In this document: in pieces, positions 1-11,330 of the stretch
How positions within the stretch are numbered: the stretch's first letter is position 1
Layout: every line of letters begins with the position of its first letter
Assembly: GCF_001194135.2 (NCBI RefSeq)
Contig: NC_068983.1
Location: 108,702,453-108,766,452 of the forward strand
Direction: 5' to 3'
Length of the DNA stretch: 64,000 nt
Source: Octopus bimaculoides
Lineage: Eukaryota
Notes under the pieces: model-generated
The model's input: the letters and a program-made list of their open reading frames with translations, nothing else
The model's database searches: none
What the model was told of the DNA's origin: nothing
Made by a program: the position numbers and the translations under genes

Positions 1-252
1 CCCTGGACTGGCTTGTGCGGGTGGCACATAAAAGACACCATTTCGAGCGTGGCCGTTTTCGTGCGGGTGACACGTAAAAGCACCCACTACACTCTCTGAG
101 TGGTTGGCGTTAGGAAGGGCATCCAGCTGTAGAAACTCTGCCAAATCAGACTGGAGGCTGGTGTTGCCATCCGGTTTCACCAGTCCTCAGTCAAATCGTC
201 CAACCCATGCTAGCATGGAAAGCGGACGTTAAACGATGATGATGATGATGAT
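1..252 (+). mobile_element. SINE family C, 3' part (cut by the window edge), with (GAT)n tail
   Basis: Body TGGTTGGCGTTAGGAAGGGCATCCAGCTGTAGAAAC...CCAACCCATGCTAGCATGGAAAGCGGACGTTAAAC then (GAT)n. Close copies at 35463-35755 and 36042-36400 on the minus strand. Probably one of the described octopus tRNA-derived SINEs; the name was not verified. Confidence 0.85.
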
Positions 253-284
253 GATAGAGAGAGAGAGAGAGAGAGAGAGATAGA

Positions 285-320
<36 letters not shown>
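253..320. repeat. Compound microsatellite (GA)n-(GATA)n-(GACA)n
   Basis: Read directly from the sequence. Confidence 0.95.
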
Positions 321-1339
321 GAAGATAGTAGGATAGAGATAAACACATACATGCACATGCATACACATACACATTGTAAAATTATTGCAGCATGAACAAA
401 ATTTTCAAAATTAGTAACTAAATACCAAAAGGTGCATCAAATATGAGTAATATTGATAATTATATTGTAGATGCAATGAAAACATTATCTTAGTTTACTG
501 ACTTATATATGAAGCCATGTATATGGTGCATCACCTTTTTACCAGAAACAAAGTACTTTGGCCAGTGTAGCTAAATATATGCAGAATATGTATATTTATT
601 TTAATTCATGTATAACCTGACTTATTCCTCCATTTCAACTACTTTATGCTCTTTTATGTTTCTATGTATAATACTCATAAATATGAAATTATCCCATGTA
701 CATATTATGTACAGCTGTTGAAGTAAGCCTCTGTGAGTGTATGTCTGAACATGTAAGTATTTTTTAATTTGTTGTGTGTGCATATATGTGGACATGAATG
801 TACGTGTGCTTATACACAACAGGTAGACATTTGTATATGCACATATGTGAGAATATGCATATATTATATGAATTTATAATATATTCATTTATGCATTTCA
901 GGGTGTATGCATGTGCACTAAAATGTGACAGTAGGTGTGGCTGCACATGTGAGTGTGTGTATAAATATTATATTTATAGATATATGTAAATAAACTTTCT
1001 ATACACATAGTCCATTACATATTCATATTCACATATATTGAATTGTATCAATGGTTTTCAGATTTATATACTGAAATCATGTAACAGTAATGCTAAGTTT
1101 TAGAAAATTTTATTGAATTCCATTAGCAATGCTATAAATCTTGCTTATTTTGTGTTCAATTTTGAAAGTATGATGGCAGAGAATGCAAGTGCCCTGAGTA
1201 ACATTTGCAAAATTTTTAGCAGAAAAAGTGAAGGATCTATTTTAAATAATGAAATCCCTTTTTTTACTTTTTACTGATTCTAAGAATCAAATGTATGTAA
1301 AGCACATGGAAAATAGATTTTCTCAATTGCCCAGGAGCA

Positions 1340-1745
1340 ACCATAGAAGTATTGAATGACTTTTCTTGTCTAAGTGACCTAATTAGAAGAGGAAGATGTT
1401 CTCAAAATATAGTAGCTAGAGTAAGAATTGGTTGGGAAATAGTTCAGAGAAGAATTATCTCTGTTGTTAACAAAAGGTTTATCACTTAGAGAGAGAAAGG
1501 CAGATTACATGATGCGTGTGTATGAACCTCAATTCAACATTGCGCTGCGATGTGGGTCTTGAATGCAAATGACTTGCAAAGATTAGAAAAAGAAAATGAA
1601 GTTAGAACACTCCTTTGGATGTGTAATGTCAGTGTAAATTAATGATGGAGTACAAATGTATTAAGAAAAGACTTGGACTAATGAGGAAATGGACTTACGA
1701 GGAAACACATGATGTGTCTTCTGCTATAACACCAGGTGAACTAAA
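1340..1745 (+). mobile_element. Degraded RTE-clade LINE 3' fragment
   Basis: Similar to the better-preserved copy at 44588-45275 (AGTGACCTAATTAG..., GCTAGAGTAAGAAT..., TGGATGTGTAATGTCAGTGT). Confidence 0.7.
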
Positions 1746-2152
1746 CCTATGTGACTTAATTTGGAAAATTGAAACTGAAAGAAACCCAGTATGTGTGTGT
1801 GTGTGCAGGTATATATATAGCTGTCCTAGATGGGATGATTTTTACTGTTGTATGACCCTAGGAAACATCTCCAGCTGTTCAAAAATATAAGGAGACAGAT
1901 ATTGTGTCATATAGCCAGTTGGAAACGATATTTCCTGGGGCTAAACAACAGTAACAATCGTCCCATCCAGGACAACCACATTATGTTAGCAGATAGTCTT
2001 TACTTTAACGAGCTGTACTGAATATCTCTTCTTGAGAGATTTAGAAATGATAATGTTTCTATTTATTAGATTAGTGACTGTGTGTCACTTTGAAAATTAT
2101 ATATTTTCAAACAGGAATTCAGCAACGTCACCTAGCCAAGCAGCTGATAAAA

Positions 2153-2193
2153 CTGTGCTGATAAAGAGCAATAACCCAGAAACTAGTCTACAG
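2153..2193 (+). ncRNA. Degenerate minimal type I hammerhead motif
   Basis: CTGTG-CTGATAA-AGAG CAATAA CCCA-GAA-AC TA GT-C-TACAG. Stem I is 5 bp, stem III is the palindrome ACTAGT, and the site is GUC. G8A and stem II mismatches are present. Confidence 0.55.
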
Positions 2194-2328
2194 ATGTTGC
2201 TCTGTGCTGGATGGGGGTGCTGGGCTCCCTGATCAAAAATATAAGGACACAGATATATATATATATATATATATANNNNNNNNNNNNNNNNNNNNNNNNN
2301 NNNNNNNNNNNNNNNNNNNNNNNNNNNN

Positions 2329-2611
2329 ATATATATAAGAAATGGAAGCAAAACAATTAATTGAACAATTATAAATTCTATTCAATTTAAATATTTTATA
2401 TGAACAAATGACACATAAATTACAGCTGTTTCTGCTTCATTAATAAAACGAAGTTTTTCAAGAATAATCAAATCTGTTTAAATATGTAATGATGCTTCAT
2501 CAGATAGACATATCTGCTTAAACATTTTTTATTGATATAGGTAATATAAACCAGTAAATTCTTCAGATATTTAATATCCCTTAAGTGTATTTTACACCTA
2601 GCTAAATTGTT
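2329..2611 (-). mobile_element. Putative Penelope-like terminal remnant with an HHR-like motif (2421-2503)
   Basis: Minus strand: CTGATGA-A-GCATCATTA...TAATGAAGC-A-GAA-ACAGCTGT-A. Stem II is long and stem III is palindromic, but stem I is poorly paired. Confidence 0.45.
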
Positions 2612-2693
2612 ATTTATCTATCAATCAATCAATCTATCTATCTATCTATATATATATATATATATAAAACAATTTAGCTAGGTGTAAAATACA
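2586..2693. repeat. Perfect 26-bp inverted repeat around a (TCAA/TCTA/TA)n loop
   Basis: TGTATTTTACACCTAGCTAAATTGTT (2586-2611) and its exact reverse complement (2668-2693). Confidence 0.9.
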
Positions 2694-3521
2694 TATATAT
2701 ATATCTTTTGAATTTGTTTATGGGAAACGTTTTGAATAGGAAAATAAAGTTCCTATTCCATTATGCTGACCACAGTTTAATGATGTTGACTGGTCAAGCA
2801 GTTTTTGGGGGTTACACCAAACTGTACTGGTATAATGTAGGATAAATATAATAATAATAATAACAATAATCCTTGGCAGTACCAATTGACCTGTTGACTT
2901 CAGAATCTATTGAAGATAGTCATGCCTTAAATGAGATCAAACAAAATAATAAACTACCCATCCTTGACATCTGCTGAATGAAAGCAAAATAAGTCCAACA
3001 CCACCACCACACACACCTCCATCCCCATATAACTACCATTCCTTCTTCCCTTCCCATCACCTTCTCCTCGTCCCCACTAAAAACACACAGAAACACTCAC
3101 ATAACTCACTCAACCTTCATACTGGACAAAAAGGATAAGCATTCCTCTGTTGTACATCCATTAATGTTATATCATCTGAAGAAATGAATCCATGAAAATG
3201 ATCAACCTGATGCTCATGGATACTACAGACTTCACTGTAATTATCCCAGGAATACGGACTGTGATCTTAAGAGACATATGATTTGTGGAAATGCATGTAA
3301 TTATGCATTAAATGTTCATAATTCCATCCAAGGATTATTGTTATTATACACCCACACCCACACACATATATATACCTGTAGGTACAGGCATGATAGAACA
3401 AGGTATGAATAGGCTTTCAAGGCATCAAATCAAATTTTTAACATATTTATGTAACATATTGAAGAGAGATATATTAAAAAAAAAAAAAACTCACACAGAC
3501 ACACACACATAAATATGTATG

Positions 3522-3580
<59 letters not shown>

Positions 3581-3629
3581 TACATATCTAAACATCATAC
3601 ATGCATGCAGACTCACACACATCTTTTAT

Positions 3630-3985
3630 TTGTCTCAGTTACTGAACTGTGATAACACTGCGGCGTCCCCTTGAGGTGTTTAGCCGAACAAGTCAATCCC
3701 AAGCTTAATTTTTTAAGACTGGTACTAATTCTGTTAGTCTCTTTTGCTGAGCCACTAAGTTATGGAGATGTAAACAAATCAAAACTGGTAGTCAAGCAGT
3801 GATGGAGAACAAATACACACACAAAGACATACATACACTCATAGATTTATACATGTATATTTCAGTTTCTATTTTTCTAATCCACTCACAAGACTATAGC
3901 TGAAGACACTCGCCCAAGGTCCCACACATTGAAACTGAACTCAGAACCAGGTGGTTGGATAGCAAACTTCTCACCATAATTCCAA
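3630..3985 (-). mobile_element. SINE family B (tRNA head, CORE-like segment, internal microsatellite), degraded
   Basis: Reverse-complement similarity to 41846-42245. Confidence 0.7.
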
Positions 3986-4225
3986 CGAATGAGAAGAGGA
4001 AAATTCTGAGTAGCAGTTTTTTGTGATGTTTTGCAGCTTTAATAATAAAGCATATTACTCTACCTCCAGTATTCGAGTTCTATTTTTTCCCACCTTGTTT
4101 CACATTTATGTGCTTATTCTGGTATATATATATATATATATATATGCACATATATATATATGCATGTATATATGTATATATATGTATATATATGTATATA
4201 TATTTGCATGTGTATATGAGTGTTT

Positions 4226-4265
<40 letters not shown>

Positions 4266-5189
4266 TCACAATTATCTTCAAGTGTTCATTTCAGTCAGAA
4301 GACTTGTAAGTGGGACATAATAATAATAATAAAGTACTTAATGAACCATTTGATCAAAATATCAGATTAATATTAAAATCACATAACTAATAAAAATGAT
4401 AAAAATATAAGATTGAAGCTGATTACTTTATAATTCATATTATAACTATTATTGACATATCTTGTACTATGAAATAAGTCTTCCATTGAAAATTTAAATA
4501 TTGTAATGTCTTTATATGAAAATATGTTTATGCTCATTCCGGAATTCCCACAGTATGTAAAATTTTATCTCACAGAAATAATCATAATAATGTTCAGTAT
4601 TCAGCTGCGTTGAAATATCTAAGCTCTGAGAAACCATTTATGACTTCTCTTTCTGCCTTCAGTAATAAACCAAAGTTTTATGACCTCCGTTCTAACCTGC
4701 CTTGATGATTTCATCTTCAACAATGTACACATTCTATCTTATATGTAAATATACAGCTAGTGCAAAAGTTGAAATCATACACACACATAGACGTGCTCAC
4801 ACATATACACCAGCACTCACACACATAAGCAACAGTAAGATTGAGTGATGTTGACTGGTGGCACCAAAGTGGTGATGGTAAGGTGTTTTTTGTTACATAT
4901 AGTGCCAATGCAATCCTTTACACATAGGTGACTTGATGGGAAAAAGAAGTAACATGATAGGGATGGTGGTAGTGATGATTAAGTGCCATCCATGTAACTT
5001 AGGTTACATCTGCTTTCTCTCCTATTCACCCCCTTGAGTATGTTACCGCAAATGAATAAAGACAGGGGTGTATAGTGAGAAACTTATGAGGTGCAAAGCA
5101 ACCTAACCTGTTCTAGTGCAGGATAAAATGTGTATCCTACAAAATGATTGGTGATCAATCAGAGATAAAGTCAGGTAGAGAAGACACTT

Positions 5190-5440
5190 CAGTCTCAAAG
5201 AATGTTGGTGTCATGTTAAAATGTACCCATTACACTCCATAAATGGTTGTGTCGGGGGAGAGCATCCGGCCAAGGAAATTATGTCAAAAAAGAACATACC
5301 AGCAAGATGCTGTTCTCCAACACATTTAGAGGTGAGAATTTAAGAATAAGAATTTACTTGGAATGTGATAACCTGTGTGTGACCTGTTCAACCCATATCA
5401 GAATGGAAAGCAAACATAAAAAGGATGATTATTATTATCA
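5190..5440 (+). mobile_element. SINE family C, old degraded copy
   Basis: CCATTACACTC...GAGCATCCGGCC...CAACCCATATCAGAATGGAAAGCAAACATAAAAAGGATGAT resembles the family C 3' end. Confidence 0.5.
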
Positions 5441-7824
5441 TCATTTCTATTAATTTCCTCACAATTATTTGGCTTATGTAACTTTATGTTATTAAGATAA
5501 ATATAATTGTTATTGAAATTATAGAAAATTATATTTGGAACAAATATTTGTAGAATAAAAGCAAGTGATGCTGAGAAAACAATTTTAATTCACCAGACAT
5601 AGACTTTGAGTAAATTAAAAATGAGTCCTTTAGACACTGTTAAAATAATGCACCATTAAATAAAAAGGAAAATTGAAAAAAACTGACATCTGAAAGTAAA
5701 TAATTTCTTGAGAAACTGCTATTAAAATATATATGTAGTAATAGCAGGAATATAAAAAAAAATTGCTAAAACTTTTCTGTTAATCAGGATAACCTAAAGA
5801 GTAGTTTTTAACTATATTTTGAAAGAAACCCTTACTAATTTATTTGTTATATTGTATAAAATTTTGTTTTAAATATGAAACATAATTTAAATTTGTTATT
5901 TTTATGTTACAGCCAATGATTGATTCATCAGGAAGTTTAATTTTGAAACATGATTATATTTTAAACATAATCACTGTATATGTGAATAAGAATTATGTAT
6001 CTAAAATGTATGAAACAGAAATTATCTCCCACAACAGGCTATGATAAACTATTATAAGGAGTAAAATAGAACACTGAAGTGTAAAAAAACACATTTTCAA
6101 TAATGAAATATCTCATAACTCAGTCTAGAATAGATCTTTGAAATATAGATAGTAGGATTCAAAACCTTGTGAAAGCTGTAATAAAGTCTTCATACCTAAA
6201 CAAATTTTATATTTTCTAATGAAGTCAGCATGTCTTTAATATTTAAGTGAAACATAAGATACTAAAATATTTATAATGATGAATCAGAAAGCTCAAAAGT
6301 TTGGAGGAATGATAATTTAAGTCTAGAAGCAATGTATGAGAAATAAAGAATATACATAATCTCACTGGATGCTCAGTACATGGATATTAATTCATTAACA
6401 TAAAAGAAATAAAAATATTCTGTTGTAGTAAAATGTAGTTAAGGCAGAAGATATAAACATCAGTGAGTTAATCATCCAAGAAATGCTCTACAGCAAAAAC
6501 GATTTGTATAAAGTGAATCTCTAATTAACATGCTAATTAAGTTAGCTATCAGAGAAAATTATAGCTAACAAAATTAAATTAATTCGTATTTAATCGGGAT
6601 AAGGAATCAGATATAATAAGTCATCTTTTTATTTTCACTGAAGTATAGTAATCATGTGCAATGAAACAAGTGACCAAATAGAATAGTCCTTAGGGTTTTA
6701 TTTGGACAGTAATGAAAGAAATCAATAATTGATAACACGGCAAGTAAAAGAAAACAAATAGATCTATAACCTACATTGTCAGTGAACTTTTGTTACTGAT
6801 ATATCGATGTTAACATATCCTAAAATGAAACACTGAAGATTTTAAGTAAGATCAAATGTTTAACTAATGGACTGCAACAAATAAAACTTATCTAAATTTA
6901 TATAAATGTGATATGTTGATGATGCAGTATGCAAATATAAAAATAAGACATCTTTGTCACGTTAAGAAATTACAAAAGAAAAAAGAAATGTATCATGCTT
7001 TTTCATTAAAAGGGAAAGTGAGATTCATTCTATTAAAACTAAATCAAAAATATTTTGACTAAGAAATTATAAGTCCTTTATCTTCCAAACAATTACGGAA
7101 AGAAAAGATTATGAAATAATCATGGAAGATGAAGCATTAAACATTGAATCAATATGTGCAAATAAAATTATAGAGTGGGAAGATATTGTTATAAGTTCTT
7201 ATATGAAATATTTTAAATAGTGAATAGAAATGGAACTACTTAATCATTATTCTAGAAATGATTGTATTCATAATAAAGTGAAATTGACAAACATAACTAT
7301 TTTCATATTCTCACTCTTGATAAGCATTGCTCCATACAATGATAAATATTATAATTATATGACACTCGAATATACAGATTAAATTTAATATATATTTATA
7401 TTATGCATAGAACTTATAAAGGCTTTCCTGTAAATGTTGGATGAAAAGTAATTTGATGCACTGTTCATACATTATTACATTTTCTTCTGCTACAGATGGT
7501 GTATAAAGTTCTGAGATAGATAACTGAGCTTGGTTTAAACTATGGAATGATATTTAATTCCAAAATATTATTGTGAACATGGAGCAGTTGGATCTGCTCT
7601 TAATTTTTAATATTTCTGAAATAAAATATATTAAAGATTGATCGAACCATTAGCCATATATAATGTGATATCCTCCAGTTACAGAATATATTGAATAGCA
7701 AGGTTCGTGGTTAATTATTTATTTATTGAACCTCCTCAGCAAAATAGTTTTCCAATATTGCCAAGTTAATGATGACTTGAGATCAATGTATATATGTATG
7801 TGTCTGTATATGTATGCATGGATG

Positions 7825-7870
<46 letters not shown>

Positions 7871-8186
7871 ACATTTTTGTTACAGTTTAAATATCTTTTT
7901 AAAAAATTTATACAATCAAAAGAATCATAAACCAAATAAGACAGACTTAATAGAAGAAGGCTTTTGTATAGGCATTTTCATTGTCTTCAGCTTTTCAATG
8001 CATATGGTGTAAGAACTGTCATTCACCACTCATTGTCCACAATCTATTGTAAATATATCTGAATTGCACTTTTGCAGTTGTTTTTCCTGCCTCTGTTTAC
8101 TAAACTGATCTTTAAGTTAAGCATTAATTCTCCTTATTTACATTATTTACATTTAACAGATATTTGTCCTCAACTTGTTTGTTGTT

Positions 8187-8229
8187 AACACGTTTCAGCT
8201 GATATACCCTCCAGCCTTCATCACATGTC
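8187..8229 (-). ncRNA. Hammerhead motif, left arm (mutated)
   Basis: GACAT-GTGATGA-A-GGCTG GAGGGTATAT CAGCT-GAAAC-GTGTT. C3G and a 3-nt deletion at the cleavage site relative to the right arm. Confidence 0.6.
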
Positions 8230-8276
8230 TTGGGAAAATTTCGAACCTGGGTTCTCATTCCTAAGGTATTTTTCGA

Positions 8277-8335
<59 letters not shown>

Positions 8336-8567
8336 TCACAGCCTGGAATTGAACTCGGAATCTTGGGGTCAGTTGCCCGTGCTCTTAACCACTATGCCAT
8401 AGGCCCACTGGCATATGACGTAGTGGTTAAGAGCACAGGCTACTAACCCCAAGATTCCTAGTTCAATTCCAGGCAGTGACCTGAATAACAACAACAACAA
8501 CAACAATAATAATAATAACATCAAAAAATACCTTAGGAATGAGAACCCAGATTCGAAATTTCCCTAA

Positions 8568-8613
8568 GACACCTGATAAAGGCTGGAGGGTATATCAGCT
8601 GAAACGCTGTGTT
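8568..8613 (+). ncRNA. Hammerhead motif, right arm (mutated)
   Basis: GACAC-CTGATAA-A-GGCTG GAGGGTATAT CAGCT-GAA-AC GC-T-GTGTT. G8A and U16.1C. Confidence 0.6.
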
Positions 8614-10184
8614 AACAACAAATAAGATGAGAACAAATATCTGTCAAATGTAAATAATGTACATAATTCCTCATCTCTTAAATATAGAACTGTATAATTT
8701 TTCCTCTCCGTATCTGTAATTTTAATTAGCTAAAATCTCTTGGTTTGCTTTATTAAGTACATGAAAACCAACTTTGAATATTTGGTTTTTATGCAAGATG
8801 TGTCCATAGGATATATTTATTGGCAGTGTATGGAAATAAAAGCAGGTTAAAATGAAGTTTCTTTTTAAGCATTGTACACCTTTAGATCAATATGATAATT
8901 GTTGGATAAGAACAGACGTGTAGGTGTACAATTCACTTGAAAAGAATATAAACAATTAAAAATTAGCTTCTGTTTTCTCATTTATCCAAGTCTGAAGTAT
9001 TTTATAACTAAAAAGGAATTTAGGATTAGAATTGCTTAAAATATAAAATCATATATAAAAACATAAGATCAAATACCACTTCTACAAAAGCAAACTAATT
9101 AAATGGTAATTATGCTGTTAATTAATGAATAGATCTGATAAAAACCCAAAGTCATACTTTACACTTTGTATTTGTAGCTAAATTACAACTTGAACATAAT
9201 AATTTAATATTAATTTATTTGCCTTTATCTAGTTGTTAGTTATTGTTAACAACATTAAAAAATGAATTAATCATATACTCAGAAAATAGTTTATTTTTGA
9301 CACATGTAGTGAATTTATTTGTGAAACTTTTTGCCTTTGTGGCTAAAAACATACCATTCTTGAAATTACATTGTTAATTAATCTTAATAGCCATCATTAA
9401 GTTATTCACCACTGTTGAAATTACGTTTCCCAGAATACTCTTCATTGTTGATTAGACCAAGGAGTCAATTATAGTGTTATCTTAAAGGAAGATGTAATTC
9501 CTTCTGTTTTTGGAGTATTCTCCAAAATTTCTTTTAAATCTACTTATCATTTGTAGCCTTCTCGTTGCTAGAATTCCCCTTAAAAAGAGCATAATCTAGA
9601 CTTGAATTTTATAAAGAAAAACATTTTATTTTCATTTATTGATTCATTTTACTAATTCAACAGATTTTCTCAACTTGAGACAATAAACTTTTAACACAGT
9701 CAGCATAACAGAACTGGTTTACTTAGATCGGTAGACAAAGACCTACAGATATACCTGCAGTGGAGGAGTCACATTTTTGCAAAGACAGAGACAGACTAAA
9801 TGTAAGATGGCATAACAGATTTCTACTAAATGGAATAGGAATCTTGAACTTGGAATACCTATGTTATCCTTATTGTTGCAGTAATAAGTATTGCAATTAC
9901 TGATGTTCAGTATAAAAATTAATCTTGCTTTTAGTTATATTTTTATGAAGTAATACTATCTTCTTTCCATTTGCATTTTAAATTCAAAAAACTATATTAG
10001 GAAATAATATATTAAACTAGGCCAGTTTCATAATTGTTAAATACCCTCTCTTTTACCAAAATGTAACAAAAGTATAAAAAAAATTACAAAAACTTCCTTC
10101 ATAAAAATTCTGGACAGCTCTGAATGTAACTTCATAGATTTTGAATTTATCCAAATATCAGTTTTCATATTTTGTAGTATCAGA

Positions 10185-10960
10185 AGTCTTTATTTTACAA
10201 TTTTAAGATAGTAACATTATAACTACTCTTGCTAAAAGTTATACTGACACAGCTCTGAGAACAGCAACAAAGCAGAACAGTTGTCCTTTTCAAATATAAT
10301 ACTCATTCCTAAATCTACATTGCTGACAAAGACTGACAACTATCATGGTATCAGTGTGAAGGGAACCCTTTGGCTTCAAGCTGAGATTCAACCAGAATGT
10401 TTCCCACAAGAAGCAGACAAAAGTTGTACAAGTCTTAGTTCTTTGCAGAATAAAAGTACAGTTAAAAAGCCCCACTGTTTTGATGTTTATCAGTATCAAT
10501 AATTCATTTGATCCATTTCAATAGGAATAAAATAACAAAGATCTTGAATGCATACAAAATGCTGGCTCCTATCTTTGTAGCCATTGAGGCCATAAAATAT
10601 CAATGCCATGAAATGACTGAGCCCAGTGCACAGTAAAACCAAAGTGAGCTGGAAGATGAAATTCTATAAGGTGTAATGTTGGTGCACTTCATCTTGATCA
10701 TAGTTCAGAACTATATTTTCCAGCAAGTAGCTGGAGTCCAAGAGGAACAAGGCTTTATCTTTACATCAAGAAAATGTAGAGAATAGTTTTGATGACACTG
10801 ACTGATACAGACTTTGCACAATATTGCATTGCTATTGCAAGAAATCTCAGGTACATAGGACCTCTTGTCAAGAAGACAAATTGAGTACAACAAAGTCAGG
10901 TTACACCTAATGCTATGAACACTTAAGACATAGTCTATAGTGTAGCTAAACATGCACTAC
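10185..10960 (+). mobile_element. Degraded RTE/RTEX-like LINE reverse-transcriptase fragment
   Basis: Frame-hopping translation gives NKAEQLSFSNIILIPKSTLLTKTDNYHGIS, LRFNQN...VVQVLVL, NKITKILNAY, FILIIVQNY and TLTDTDFA, matching LINE RT domains 0-5. Confidence 0.7.
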
Positions 10961-11114
10961 AGGTGCCTTGCTAAACTGAGTTTCTGACTTAAAGTACTCT
11001 AGATAATTAATAACAGGCTTAGAGAGGAACATCAAGGTGCTAATGTGGATTTTCCATTGATTTCATCTATACACATTCAGTTGCACAATGTATTGAATTG
11101 CAACTTAGGAAATT

Positions 11115-11330
11115 AAGAACTAAGATTTGAACAACTTTTGTCTGCTTCTTGTGGAAATCATTCTGGTTGTACCCCAGCTTGAAGCCAAGGGCTTCCCTTC
11201 ACACTGATAACATGGTAGTTGTCAGTCTTGGTAAACAATCCAAATTTGGGAATGAGCTTTATAGTTAAAATGGACCACTGTTCTAGTTTGTTGCAAAAAT
11301 AGTGAAAATGTTACTATCTTAGAATTGTAA
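11115..11330 (-). mobile_element. Inverted copy of the 5' part of the same LINE fragment
   Basis: 11115-11294 aligns without gaps to 10264-10443 with 26 mismatches in 180 bp (hand count, about 86%). Similarity continues outward past an indel. Confidence 0.85.

Larger units (their letters stand above)
8134..8693. mobile_element. Head-to-head palindromic dimer of a tRNA-headed SINE with a hammerhead motif in each arm
   Basis: Arms about 8134-8406 (minus) and 8409-8666 (plus) are reverse complements. Each reads: A-box TGGC(A/G)TAGTGG / B-box GTTCAATTCC tRNA-like head, (AAT)n, linker, HHR-like motif, AATGTAAAT tail. Confidence 0.8.

Noticed and set aside
165-200. CTGAGGA-CTGGT-GAAAC on the minus strand of SINE family C
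   Set aside because: It looks like an HHR core, but there is no stem II pairing and no GUH site closing a stem III.
622-989. Y/I/C/H-rich short ORFs here and at about 4.0-4.4, 35.6, 36.2-36.7, 38.7-39.3, 40.0-40.3 and 45.3 kb
   Set aside because: They are translations of (TA)n/(CA)n low-complexity sequence.
8333-8482. Pair of tRNA genes
   Set aside because: The acceptor and T stems pair poorly, and both heads run into a shared SINE body.
10264-11294. DNA transposon with 180-bp TIRs
   Set aside because: The arms translate to LINE RT motifs, so they were reinterpreted as an inverted LINE fragment.
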